This document shows, in pieces, positions 43,220-53,720 of a stretch of DNA of 60,125 bases. How positions within the stretch are numbered: the stretch's first letter is position 1; each line of letters begins with the position of its first letter. Position numbers and translations under genes: made by a program. The notes beneath the pieces are model-generated. The model searched no databases. It was not told where the DNA came from and saw nothing but the letters and a program-made list of their open reading frames with translations. Source of the stretch: Bacilli bacterium (GTDB taxonomy: Bacteria > Bacillota_I > Bacilli_A > RFN20 > CAG-826); assembly GCA_049433705.1 (NCBI GenBank), contig JBMTFA010000001.1, positions 1 through 60,125 on the forward strand. Direction: 5' to 3'.

Positions 43220-43920
43220 AAATTCAAATTAATCAAGTCAGTCATCAATATGACGTTGAAGTGTTAAAAACGTTGTCTTTTCAATTGGAAGGTTACCAAT
43301 CCCTTGCGATCATTGGCGCATCTGGTTCGGGAAAATCAACACTTTTACGTTTACTTTCTGGATTAGAAAAACCAAGTCAAGGCACGATTACCATTGATGA
43401 TTTGGATGTTCGCGATGAGCAATACCGCAAACAAATTGGGTTTGTATTTCAAAATCATAATCTTTTTCCGCATCTAACTTTAGAAAGAAATATCTCAATC
43501 ATTTTAGAAAAAACACGTGGCTATCAAAAAGCAAAAGCAATTGAAATTGCCCAAGATTATTTAACCCGCGTTCGCCTCCAAGACCAAATGCATAAACTCC
43601 CCAAGAATGTATCAGGTGGCCAAGCCCAACGCGCTTCAATTGCGCGTGCCTTTTCTTTAGATCCTGAATTGGTATTTTTAGATGAACCCACTGCGAGTTT
43701 AGATCCAGTCCTCGCTTATGAAGTTTTACAAGCCGTTCGGGAACTTCGCACCAGTGGCAAAAACTTTATTTTTGTCACCCACGTGTTAAGTTTTGTTCGA
43801 GATTTTGCGGATTATGTCATCTTCATGGATCAAGGACAAATTGTCGAACATGGACCGGTAGCGATTTTAGAAAAACCCGTTACTAACGCATTAAAGAACT
43901 ATATGTCATTTATTCGATAG
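43216..43920 (+). CDS. amino-acid ABC transporter ATP-binding protein
   Basis: Walker A GASGSGKST, signature VSGGQAQR, Walker B VFLDEPT. ATGA overlap with the permease gene. Confidence 0.9.
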   Translation: MKIQINQVSHQYDVEVLKTLSFQLEGYQSLAIIGASGSGKSTLLRLLSGLEKPSQGTITIDDLDVRDEQYRKQIGFVFQNHNLFPHLTLERNISIILEKTRGYQKAKAIEIAQDYLTRVRLQDQMHKLPKNVSGGQAQRASIARAFSLDPELVFLDEPTASLDPVLAYEVLQAVRELRTSGKNFIFVTHVLSFVRDFADYVIFMDQGQIVEHGPVAILEKPVTNALKNYMSFIR

Positions 43921-43928
43921 CGAATATC

Positions 43929-43956
43929 TTGACACGTTAAAGCCAATCATATAAAT
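43929..43956 (+). promoter_or_regulatory. sigma-A promoter of groES-groEL
   Basis: TTGACA at 43929-43934, and a TATAAAT block at 43950-43956. Confidence 0.6.
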
Positions 43957-43961
43957 TATTC

Positions 43962-43988
43962 TTAGCACTTATCAATAAAGAGTGCTAA
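43962..43988 (+). promoter_or_regulatory. CIRCE operator (HrcA binding site)
   Basis: TTAGCACTT-N9-GAGTGCTAA matches the consensus TTAGCACTC-N9-GAGTGCTAA. Confidence 0.9.
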
Positions 43989-44002
43989 AAGGAGGATTGG
44001 CT

Positions 44003-45897
<1,895 letters not shown>

Positions 45898-45899
45898 GC

Positions 45900-46430
45900 C
45901 TAAAAAAAGAGCACGCCAAATACCGCTCCGAACGCAATCAGCAAGTACGGGCGGTTTTTTAATTTTGGATAAAGCAATGCTGTGATCAAAAGCAGGGCTA
46001 GACTAGGCAGTGGTAACGCAATGATATCTTGATAAACATTCAAACTCATTCTTACTAAGGTGATCAGAATTAAACCAAAGATAACGACTCTTAGTCCTTT
46101 TAATAAATCTTTGACATACAGGTTCTTTTGAAACCGTTTCACCAAGGGATCAAGCACCCAAATGGCGAAGGTTGAAGGTAGTACAAATCCAAAGGTTGCC
46201 AGCACACCACCCATGATCCCAAATTGAGTAAACCCTAAATAGGTCGCTAGATTAATCGCAATGGGGCCAGGTGTGGATTCAGCAATCGTCACCATTTGAT
46301 AAAAAAAGGTTTCCGTTATCCACCCTGGAATTACAAACGCATCAAATAACAAAGTAATCGCTACTAGACCACCACCAAAGGTTAACACCCCAAGGAGTAA
46401 AAATTGTCCTAATAAAAAGAGTAAACTCAT
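45900..46430 (-). CDS. chrA: short-chain chromate transporter (CHR family), second half-size subunit
   Basis: 176 aa with the TFGGGLVAIT motif. ATGA overlap with the partner gene. Confidence 0.8.
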   Translation of the reverse strand: MSLLFLLGQFLLLGVLTFGGGLVAITLLFDAFVIPGWITETFFYQMVTIAESTPGPIAINLATYLGFTQFGIMGGVLATFGFVLPSTFAIWVLDPLVKRFQKNLYVKDLLKGLRVVIFGLILITLVRMSLNVYQDIIALPLPSLALLLITALLYPKLKNRPYLLIAFGAVFGVLFF

Positions 46431-46963
46431 CGCCGTTGCCTTCCATAGGTCAACATCAGGATGCTAAGGGTCCCAAGCAAAATCAACATCCAAGGGGTTA
46501 GGATGCCGAGATAAACTAAGGTAAAACTAAGGAAAGAAATTGGCACCATCCAAAGCGATTGCCAAGCATATTTTCCTAAGTTCACCACCGCATAGGTCAA
46601 CAGCACAAACACAACCAAAAACATTCCTTTTAATGCGGCAACGACCCAAGGCATATTTAACCAAGTTTGTAACCCTACGCCTAATAAAGTGATGACCAAC
46701 ATCGGTCCTAACACCATCGCCCAGACGCTGACAAAGCCACCCCACTTACCGTGATAGCGTAAACCAATAATGTTCGCACAGTTGACCGCAATCGCACCTG
46801 GGGTTAATTGGGATAAGGTGACAATCCCTTCCCAATCTTGTTTTTTAATCCATTGGCGGTGAATCGCTTGGTGTTGAATGAGGGGTAACATCGCCAACCC
46901 ACCACCAAAGGTGATGAGCCCCAACCAGAAAAAGGTGATGAATAAATTCAAGGTTTTTTTCAT
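46427..46963 (-). CDS. chrA: short-chain chromate transporter (CHR family), first half-size subunit
   Basis: ITFGGGLAMLP motif. Start at ATG 46961-46963, 7 nt after TATAAT. Confidence 0.8.
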   Translation of the reverse strand: MKKTLNLFITFFWLGLITFGGGLAMLPLIQHQAIHRQWIKKQDWEGIVTLSQLTPGAIAVNCANIIGLRYHGKWGGFVSVWAMVLGPMLVITLLGVGLQTWLNMPWVVAALKGMFLVVFVLLTYAVVNLGKYAWQSLWMVPISFLSFTLVYLGILTPWMLILLGTLSILMLTYGRQRR

Positions 46964-46970
46964 GTCTTTT

Positions 46971-46976
46971 ATTATA
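46971..46976 (-). promoter_or_regulatory. -10 hexamer, leaderless arrangement
   Basis: On the minus strand: TATAAT, then 7 nt, then ATG 46963. Confidence 0.5.
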
Positions 46977-46991
46977 CGCATGGTTTTTCCC

Positions 46992-47024
46992 AAAAGAAAA
47001 ACACCGCGATGTCATCCGCGGTGT
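46992..47024 (-). terminator. intrinsic terminator after the helical lipoprotein gene
   Basis: ACACCGCG gatgacat CGCGGTGT followed by TTTTCTTTT on the minus strand. Confidence 0.7.
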
Positions 47025-47038
47025 TTTGGTTGATGAAC

Positions 47039-48118
47039 TTATAACTTACTTGCTAATAACGCTTGGACGTCTGTGAGTAAGGTCACCAATGCAGTGAGCG
47101 GAGTAAGCATGGTTTCGCTTGACGCTAGTAAGGTTGCAAATTGATCATTGAGCGTTGCAAGTTGGTCAAGATTGAATTGACCTTGCATCGCTTCGCGTAC
47201 CGTTTTCATGCTTGCAACGATTTCACCGAGATCACCACGGATGGACACCACATCGAGCTGCTTCACGGTAATCGCGGTAATCTCTGAAAGGGTTAACGAG
47301 ATCCCCGCTTCCTTTAAAGCGACCCGCGTTTGGCGAATATCCCGCATCAACGTGGCAATCGCTTGTCTTAATTCACGAATGGTGGTGACCAAGTTTTCCA
47401 TCGCAACCAATTGGGTTTCAAAGCGTGAGACTTCTAAGGCGACCGCTTCCGTCCATGGTGAGATGGAAGCAGGAACCGCTTCAATTAAGATTAGCCGAAT
47501 TGCTTGTAACGAGGATAAGGTATCGCTGAGTTGCGCTTTTAAAGTTTGCACCAACGGCACCAAGTCAGTGAGAATGGTTTTAATTTCTGCAATCAAGGTT
47601 TCATTTAAACGCAAGGGGCGTTCTGCTTGTTGCATGAGCGTTCTTAAGGATTGCCAAGCTTCACGAATCTCCGAACGCGTTGAACTCATGTCTGTTTTTA
47701 AGACTTGAAGGATGGCTTGTTCTTCTGCCACCGCGGTATTGACATTTTCCGGAATGGAGAAATCATTTTCTGCCATGGCCTCGACAAAGGCTTTGACGAT
47801 GGTCGCTTCTAATCGTAGCCTTAATCGGAATTGATTTTGTGCTTGTTGTTCGGTTCTGAGAATTTCCAGTAATTCGCGAATTTCCACCAAATCATTACTG
47901 AAGGGATTGACCATGTTCATCGGTAACCATTCAGGCGCCATGCGCATCATTGGTTGTTGCCCCATCGTTTCATAACTTGCTTCTTGGGTTAACCCTTCAT
48001 CAAGTTGGACCATGGATTCAGCTGTACTGACCAAAGCACTCACGGGGGTGGGGGATTGCCCACAACTTGCTAACAATACGACGCCAACTAAACTTAAGAC
48101 GGTTGTTTTGAATGTCAT
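47039..48118 (-). CDS. lipoprotein, predicted all-helical, unknown function
   Basis: Start at ATG 48116-48118 after GGAGG. Lipobox VLLASC. The body is rich in Leu, Glu, Gln and Arg. Confidence 0.6.
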   Translation of the reverse strand: MTFKTTVLSLVGVVLLASCGQSPTPVSALVSTAESMVQLDEGLTQEASYETMGQQPMMRMAPEWLPMNMVNPFSNDLVEIRELLEILRTEQQAQNQFRLRLRLEATIVKAFVEAMAENDFSIPENVNTAVAEEQAILQVLKTDMSSTRSEIREAWQSLRTLMQQAERPLRLNETLIAEIKTILTDLVPLVQTLKAQLSDTLSSLQAIRLILIEAVPASISPWTEAVALEVSRFETQLVAMENLVTTIRELRQAIATLMRDIRQTRVALKEAGISLTLSEITAITVKQLDVVSIRGDLGEIVASMKTVREAMQGQFNLDQLATLNDQFATLLASSETMLTPLTALVTLLTDVQALLASKL

Positions 48119-48208
48119 AAAGATGACCTCCTTGGATACCACAATCTTAATCCTCTAGTTTTAGAAATAAAGGATAAACGAACTAAGTTGCAAAGATGGA
48201 CCCTTAAG

Positions 48209-49561
48209 TTACTTAATCAGCTTTTTAATCACTGCTAATTTTGTTTTGTCGTAAGGAGGATAGGCGATGGGTACATCAATTTTTGTCGATTTGATAATGA
48301 ATGATTTATGGTGGGAAAACGTCTCAAAGGAGTGGCGGCCATGATAAGTACCAAATCCGGATTGACCCACACCACCAAAAGGAAGATGGGCGGAAGCGAC
48401 TTGCATCAATGCATCATTGATCGCCCCATTGCCAAACGATAACCTTTGCCAAATCTGCTTTTGGGTGACTTTGTTTTCGGAGAATAAATAAAGGGCAAGC
48501 GGTTTTTCTTTTTGCTTTAGCGTTTGGATGACCTCATCAATGGATGTAAAGGTCATCATCGGTAAAATTGGCCCAAAAATTTCTTCTTGCATAACTTTGT
48601 CTGCCCATGACACATGGGTCATGACGGTTGGGCCAATAAATTTAGTTTCCGATTGTTTTTCAATGGCAAAGGCAACTTTTTCGGGATCAATTAATCCTTT
48701 TAACCGTTGATAATGCCGATCCGAAACAATCCGACCAAAGGTATCACTGTTCGCATAACGCTTTTCAATGATCTGTTTAAAGTGTTGGAGAAATTCCTTT
48801 TCAACAGATGCGTGCACATAGACATAATCCGGGGCAATACAGGTTTGACCAGCATTGGTAAATTTAGCAAAGGCAATCCGTTCTGCTGCAACCTTGAGGT
48901 TCGCCGTTTCATCAATGATGGTGGGACTCTTACCACCGAGTTCTAAGGTGACAGGGGTTAAATGCTTACTGGCCGCTTCGTAAACGATTTGACCAACTTT
49001 CGTGGAACCCGTAAAGAAAATATGGTCAAAGCGATGTTTCAGTAATTCACTGGTGACTTTTGCATCCCCTTTGATGACATAAAGATACGAAGAAGGGAAA
49101 TTCGTATTGATGATCTTTTCAATGATGGCTTCCGTTTGTGGTGTGAATTCAGAAGGTTTAATGATCGCGGTATTCCCTGCCGCCATTGCCCCAATTAAAG
49201 GTTCAATTACCAATTGAAAAGGATAATTAAATGGACCAATGAGTAACACATTCCCTTTGGGTTCGGGTTGAACGAATGCTTTGGTAAATGGTAAAAAAAT
49301 CTCCCCTCGATAGCGTTTAGCTTTCATCCATCCCTTTAAGGCTTTGATGGTTTGGGAGATTGATCTTAAGTTAAACCCTACTTCCGTGGTGTAAGCTTCA
49401 AAAGCACCCTTATGAAGGTCGGCATATAAGGCATCCATAATTGCAGTTTGATGCTCGATCAGTAACGCCTTAAGTTTCTTTAATTGTTGGATGCGAAAAG
49501 CATAAGATTTGGTCGCATCACTTTGAAAGAATGCACGTTGCGATTCAATGATTTTTTCCAT
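48209..49561 (-). CDS. aldehyde dehydrogenase (class 3-like)
   Basis: ELGGKSP and the catalytic-Cys block GQTCIAPDY. Start at ATG 49559-49561. Confidence 0.9.
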   Translation of the reverse strand: MEKIIESQRAFFQSDATKSYAFRIQQLKKLKALLIEHQTAIMDALYADLHKGAFEAYTTEVGFNLRSISQTIKALKGWMKAKRYRGEIFLPFTKAFVQPEPKGNVLLIGPFNYPFQLVIEPLIGAMAAGNTAIIKPSEFTPQTEAIIEKIINTNFPSSYLYVIKGDAKVTSELLKHRFDHIFFTGSTKVGQIVYEAASKHLTPVTLELGGKSPTIIDETANLKVAAERIAFAKFTNAGQTCIAPDYVYVHASVEKEFLQHFKQIIEKRYANSDTFGRIVSDRHYQRLKGLIDPEKVAFAIEKQSETKFIGPTVMTHVSWADKVMQEEIFGPILPMMTFTSIDEVIQTLKQKEKPLALYLFSENKVTQKQIWQRLSFGNGAINDALMQVASAHLPFGGVGQSGFGTYHGRHSFETFSHHKSFIIKSTKIDVPIAYPPYDKTKLAVIKKLIK

Positions 49562-49625
49562 AAGAAACCTCATCATGATTATAGCAAACATACGTGATTA
49601 TCGCCTGTGATATAATCTTTTCACA

Positions 49626-50186
49626 ATGGCGATGTTTGATAAAGCTTACTGGATTCAATACATAACACGGCTTGTAAACCGTGACTTTCAAAATATTTCG
49701 GATGAAGAAGATGCCCTCCTTCAAGAACCACAACTTCATCAAGAAATCGATGAACCGATTGAACGGATTCAATACAAGAAAGTCAAGCCTGGTTTATTTC
49801 CAAACGCCTTAGCACCCCAACCATTAATCATTAAAGAGCTTGGCAAAAGCTTCAGTGATACCTTATTCACGTTTATTCAAAGCAAAGAGGTGGATGAAGT
49901 CAAACTCTACCAAAAAATAGGTATTAGTCGCTCCGTCTTTTCAAGAATTCGTTCCGATAAACAATACCAACCTGAACGCGATAACGTTTATCGCTTTGCT
50001 ATCGGTCTAGAACTTACCCTTGATGAAGCTATCCAATTATTACAATCTGCCGGGTATTACTTTAAATTAAATAGCCGAACCTCACTGGTGATTCGGCATT
50101 GTTTGGCTAATGGCATTTATGATTTGATGGCGGTTGATGAAATTCTTGTAACTAACCACGAAAATCCTTTGTTTTCTAGCAAATAA
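49626..50186 (+). CDS. hypothetical protein with C-terminal HTH-like domain
   Basis: The C-terminal part (LYQKIGISRSVFSRIRSDKQYQP...AIGLELTLDEAIQLL) resembles a Firmicute HTH-type domain family. TGaTATAAT lies 9 nt before the ATG. Confidence 0.55.
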   Translation: MAMFDKAYWIQYITRLVNRDFQNISDEEDALLQEPQLHQEIDEPIERIQYKKVKPGLFPNALAPQPLIIKELGKSFSDTLFTFIQSKEVDEVKLYQKIGISRSVFSRIRSDKQYQPERDNVYRFAIGLELTLDEAIQLLQSAGYYFKLNSRTSLVIRHCLANGIYDLMAVDEILVTNHENPLFSSK

Positions 50187-50214
50187 AAAAGACTACCGAT
50201 AGGTAGTCTTTTGA
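50186..50214. terminator. bidirectional intrinsic terminator
   Basis: A5, then AGACTACC gata GGTAGTCT, then TTT, between convergent genes. Confidence 0.75.
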
Positions 50215-50230
50215 ATTAATGGTCTAATGT

Positions 50231-51511
50231 TTATCGGCCTGGGCGACGGTCATCGTGATCACCGTGGGGACGACCTTCATAACCTTTGCCCGATTCACGA
50301 ACATAGAAGGTATAGATTGGGTTACCTTCTTCATCGACGCCTGGGACAGCGCGAACATGGAGCATTTGATTGTTTTCAAGAATTTTAATCTTGATCACTT
50401 CTTGGCCATCTTCGATTTCTTTTTCGAAGTGGTAGGCAACTAACTCACCATTGATTAAGGTCTTGAGTTTGACTTCAACTTCCCCATCATCATCCATTTC
50501 CACTTTGAAGGATAACTTGGAGAATTCTCCAGCTTTTTTCATCGCTAAATCATATTTTTGTTCGTCGGCTTCCACTTCGCGTTTGATTTTGATCCAATTT
50601 TGTTCATCTAAGGAGATAAAGAACTTGGTTTCCGTTTCATCTTCATCGATTTCTTCAATCCCTAATAAACTATAGGTTTCGCCTTCAAATATCACAATCC
50701 CTTCCAAGAGAACTTCATCATCATCTAAATCACGATCTTGGAAATCTTGGTAGCTATTTTCTTCACGGCGATCTCTTAACGGTTCGTCATCATATTGATC
50801 ATACTCATCGCGGTCACGGTCGTCTTCTGCATCTTCTTCATCTTCATCTTCTTCATCTTCTTCGTCTTCATCATCCCGGTCATCGCCACGACGAGCGAGT
50901 GGATCGGTGGTGACTTCTGAAGAGGTTTCGGTTTGACTAGTTGTAGAACTCACAACTTCTGAACTTGCAATTGGTTCGCTTGAGGTGACCTCGGAACCAT
51001 CGATACTGCTTTCTGGTGTTGAGGTGTCCGATTCAGAACTTGTTTCAGAGGAACTAGGTTCTTCTGTGATCACGTCATCTTTCACATTGAAATACATTTC
51101 ATACGCCATCGGACTGCCTAGTAAATCCGCGACAGTGATACTTAAACGATAGGTATATTCAGGGCGATCGGATACCAATTCTGTGTATTGGAAAGGATTG
51201 CCTTCCGGGGTTAAGAAACTATCCATTAACGTCAAATATTCGGTAAATTTAGCAATTAACGCTTCTTCCGTGACCGGGGTTTGGTTTTGTCCATCTCTTA
51301 ATAAAGGCCCCTGAACCGCGGGTGTTGCTTGTAAAATATTCGTGCTAGCGAGCATGCTAACCCCAGTGATTGCCTTTTCCGCATAAGCCTGTTTTAACGT
51401 GACAGGTAGCACGGCTGGTTCATTGGCCGGTAAACTAGGGCTTGCTAACCCACATCCCACCAATAACGCTGCGCCCCCGATGGCAAGTAAACTCATCTTG
51501 TTAGATTTCAT
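50231..51511 (-). CDS. lipoprotein with Ser/Thr-rich and extreme Asp/Glu-rich low-complexity regions
   Basis: Start at ATG 51509-51511 after GGAGG. Lipobox LLVGC. Central run DDRDDEDEEDEEDEDEEDAEDDRDRDEYDQYDDE. Confidence 0.6.
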   Translation of the reverse strand: MKSNKMSLLAIGGAALLVGCGLASPSLPANEPAVLPVTLKQAYAEKAITGVSMLASTNILQATPAVQGPLLRDGQNQTPVTEEALIAKFTEYLTLMDSFLTPEGNPFQYTELVSDRPEYTYRLSITVADLLGSPMAYEMYFNVKDDVITEEPSSSETSSESDTSTPESSIDGSEVTSSEPIASSEVVSSTTSQTETSSEVTTDPLARRGDDRDDEDEEDEEDEDEEDAEDDRDRDEYDQYDDEPLRDRREENSYQDFQDRDLDDDEVLLEGIVIFEGETYSLLGIEEIDEDETETKFFISLDEQNWIKIKREVEADEQKYDLAMKKAGEFSKLSFKVEMDDDGEVEVKLKTLINGELVAYHFEKEIEDGQEVIKIKILENNQMLHVRAVPGVDEEGNPIYTFYVRESGKGYEGRPHGDHDDRRPGR

Positions 51512-51565
51512 TGCTTTCGCCTCCTGACCATTAAACAATCCTATGATTGATTTTATTGGTAAAAA

Positions 51566-52336
51566 TTAATCCTTGAGTAAGAACTTTAAAATTTTAGGCA
51601 ATCTTGATCGCCAAGCGGCCTCATTGTGTTGACCACCAGGGATGATTTGGAATTGAAATTGTGTTAATGACTTTTTTGCCTCAATCGCTGCTTTAACCGC
51701 CAAATTACTTTCCATGTAAACTTTCGCAATTTCTAAACCAGCCTCTTGATCGCCTGTATCTAAATACAATTTAGATAATAATAGAGGTTTACTTTGAATT
51801 AATTGCAAAATTTCCTTAGTGGAAGCATAAAAGGCATTCGAAAGGCCCGCCACTCTTCCAACAATCTCTGGGTATAGTAAGCCTGCCTCAAGGGAGATGA
51901 CCCCACCCATGGAACTGCCAATCATGGCAGTATGCTTTGCCTCTTTAAGCGTAGAAAATCTTGAATCGATTTCTTTTTTTAAATCAAAAAGTAAATATTG
52001 TAAATAGGTCATGCCCCGTCCCGGCGCACTCCATGTCGGATGGGAGGGAAATTGCGAAGGAAAGACATTGTATTCTTGCATCCGATGATTGCCTTTCATT
52101 GCACAACTTAATGCCACCACAATGGAGGGTGGGATATCCTTGGTGTTAAAAGCAGAAGCAACATCCCAAATTTCCCCAGCATAGGCGTCTTCTCGATAAA
52201 ACAAATTGTGGCCATCATGAAAATAAACCACATTATACTGCTTCTGTGGTTGGTATTGATCTGGTAAGCCAATATATAAATTGGCTTCGCGGTTTAAGGC
52301 TTCAATAAATCGTGGTTCTTTAATGATCTTCACCAC
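51566..52336 (-). CDS. alpha/beta-hydrolase esterase (putative-esterase family)
   Basis: 256 aa with nucleophile elbow GSSMGG and a C-terminal GGQHNE. GTG start with no SD. Confidence 0.72.
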   Translation of the reverse strand: MVKIIKEPRFIEALNREANLYIGLPDQYQPQKQYNVVYFHDGHNLFYREDAYAGEIWDVASAFNTKDIPPSIVVALSCAMKGNHRMQEYNVFPSQFPSHPTWSAPGRGMTYLQYLLFDLKKEIDSRFSTLKEAKHTAMIGSSMGGVISLEAGLLYPEIVGRVAGLSNAFYASTKEILQLIQSKPLLLSKLYLDTGDQEAGLEIAKVYMESNLAVKAAIEAKKSLTQFQFQIIPGGQHNEAAWRSRLPKILKFLLKD

Positions 52337-52350
52337 GTTAGTTTAGCATA

Positions 52351-52461
52351 GTTTAGTGTGCCCTTAGACTGATATCTAATTAGCAATCAAGATGAATATC
52401 CCTGGGTTCAGACATCTTGATAGCTAACTAGGTTTCCCCATTCAATCCTTGGGCACTAAAC
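52351..52461. other. nested inverted repeats, candidate structured RNA (strand unresolved, probably minus)
   Basis: Outer arms GTTTAGTGTGCCC (52351-52363) and GGGCACTAAAC (52451-52461). Middle arms TAATTAGC (52377-52384) and GCTAACTA (52423-52430). Inner arms CAAGATG (52388-52394) and CATCTTG (52412-52418). Confidence 0.4.
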
Positions 52462-52516
52462 CCCAGTGATAATAATATAAATAAGGGGTTAAACTTTGAG
52501 AATAGAAAAAGACCGA

Positions 52517-52545
52517 TTGTGGAAAAATTCCACAAAGTGTGGAAT
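52517..52545. repeat. inverted repeat TTGTGGAA-aaa-TTCCACAA plus a third TGTGGAA copy
   Basis: Perfect 8-bp arms, read directly from the sequence. Located just downstream of the XRE regulator gene and upstream of the esterase gene. Confidence 0.6.
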
Positions 52546-52574
52546 GAAAGTGAGGATGATAAAATTCTTCATCA

Positions 52575-53531
52575 TCATTTTATGTCATCAATAATCAATC
52601 GATAAGAATCGTAATATTTGGTAATCATTAATAAGGTCATCCGTAACAATACGATTAAGGCTAATCCATTGATGACGACAAACAGCATTAGGTCAGAGGG
52701 AAATATAGAAGCCCCATATGCATTCATATAAATAAGGGTAAAAATCACCATGGCATAATGTAGCGTTACTACGCTTCGATGAAGCGTCATCCCAAAATCA
52801 TAAATTTCTTTTGTGTAGGGTAATTCTTCTGGTTTAAAACCAGAAAAAAATTCTCGAAAAATAATAAAAAGATGAATCAAGCTCATAAAACTAATAAAGC
52901 CAATGAGCCACAGATTCATAATGGGGTCGTTTTCTGAATTCAGTTGATTAATCATTGTGTAAATACCCAAATAAAAAAATAAAGTGATGATGAAAACTAA
53001 ACCATAATGCAAGATAATGGATAACTTAAATTGACGCCGCTCTTTCAAACCATAATTAGTGATATATCTGACTTTACTATTCACATCAACGAAGTAAGAT
53101 TTTGTTCGTTGTCGATCTAGGGTGGTGTATCGGCCGATGGTAACAATCAACAATCCCACCCAGAACACCATTAAGAAAGCGGCCAAGTTTAAACGATTTT
53201 GAAAAGGAACCCAAAGAAAGGATGCATTCACAAAAAATAGAACAAACAAGAAATAAAAATAACGGTCACTCAGTGCAATTTTTTTAACTTTAATTTGCTG
53301 ATAGGTACCGTTTTTTGGTAATGAGGTTAACGTCTCTTCCGTGAAATAGGTGATGGGAACTTGAAAGTAATTTACGAGTTTCTGTAAATTACTGATGCTG
53401 ACTTCACGAAGATTATTCTCCCAATTACTGATGGTTCGATTGCTAAAATAAAGCGCTTTTGCAAGCGCTTCTTGACTCATTTTCTTTTCAACTCTTAAAC
53501 GTTTGATTTTATCGCCTATCGATAAGTTCAT
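52575..53531 (-). CDS. XRE-family HTH regulator fused to a polytopic membrane domain
   Basis: N-terminal HTH (IKRLRVEKKMSQEALAKALYFSNRTISNWENN), followed by about 6 TM segments. GGGGG SD. Confidence 0.8.
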   Translation of the reverse strand: MNLSIGDKIKRLRVEKKMSQEALAKALYFSNRTISNWENNLREVSISNLQKLVNYFQVPITYFTEETLTSLPKNGTYQQIKVKKIALSDRYFYFLFVLFFVNASFLWVPFQNRLNLAAFLMVFWVGLLIVTIGRYTTLDRQRTKSYFVDVNSKVRYITNYGLKERRQFKLSIILHYGLVFIITLFFYLGIYTMINQLNSENDPIMNLWLIGFISFMSLIHLFIIFREFFSGFKPEELPYTKEIYDFGMTLHRSVVTLHYAMVIFTLIYMNAYGASIFPSDLMLFVVINGLALIVLLRMTLLMITKYYDSYRLIIDDIK

Positions 53532-53606
53532 GATTCCCCCTGCGAATCATTGTGCATCGCCAATCTTTGATAGGCATTCATCGTAAATGGATGACTTTAA
53601 TCGGAA

Positions 53607-53625
53607 AATCCATCCACAATGGATT
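53607..53625. repeat. inverted repeat AATCCAT-ccaca-ATGGATT containing ATCCACAA (second copy at 53649-53656)
   Basis: Perfect 7-bp arms in the XRE/SRAP divergent promoter region. Confidence 0.6.
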
Positions 53626-53708
53626 ACGGTGATAAAAAGATTATATGCATCCACAAATTTATTATAGACCATATTTAAGCTTACCTTTTCCTTCATACTC
53701 ACTTAAGT

Positions 53709-53714
53709 TAAAAT
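53709..53714 (+). promoter_or_regulatory. -10 hexamer, leaderless arrangement
   Basis: TAAAAT, then 6 nt, then ATG 53721. Confidence 0.5.
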
Positions 53715-53720
53715 AGAAGC

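Noticed and set aside
47208-47708. Long antisense ORFs inside well-supported genes (also 9624..9974, 32180..32563, 5206..5562, 13439..13795, 23163..23474 and others in the track)
   Set aside because: Each lies entirely within, and antisense to or out of frame with, a gene that has clear family motifs. None has an SD or a promoter. Their compositions look like typical shadow ORFs.
50780-50900. Short tandem repeats that at first glance resemble a repeat array
   Set aside because: They are in-frame GAA/GAT/GAC codon repeats encoding the poly-acidic core of the lipoprotein. There is no spacer-repeat organisation, so this is not a CRISPR array.
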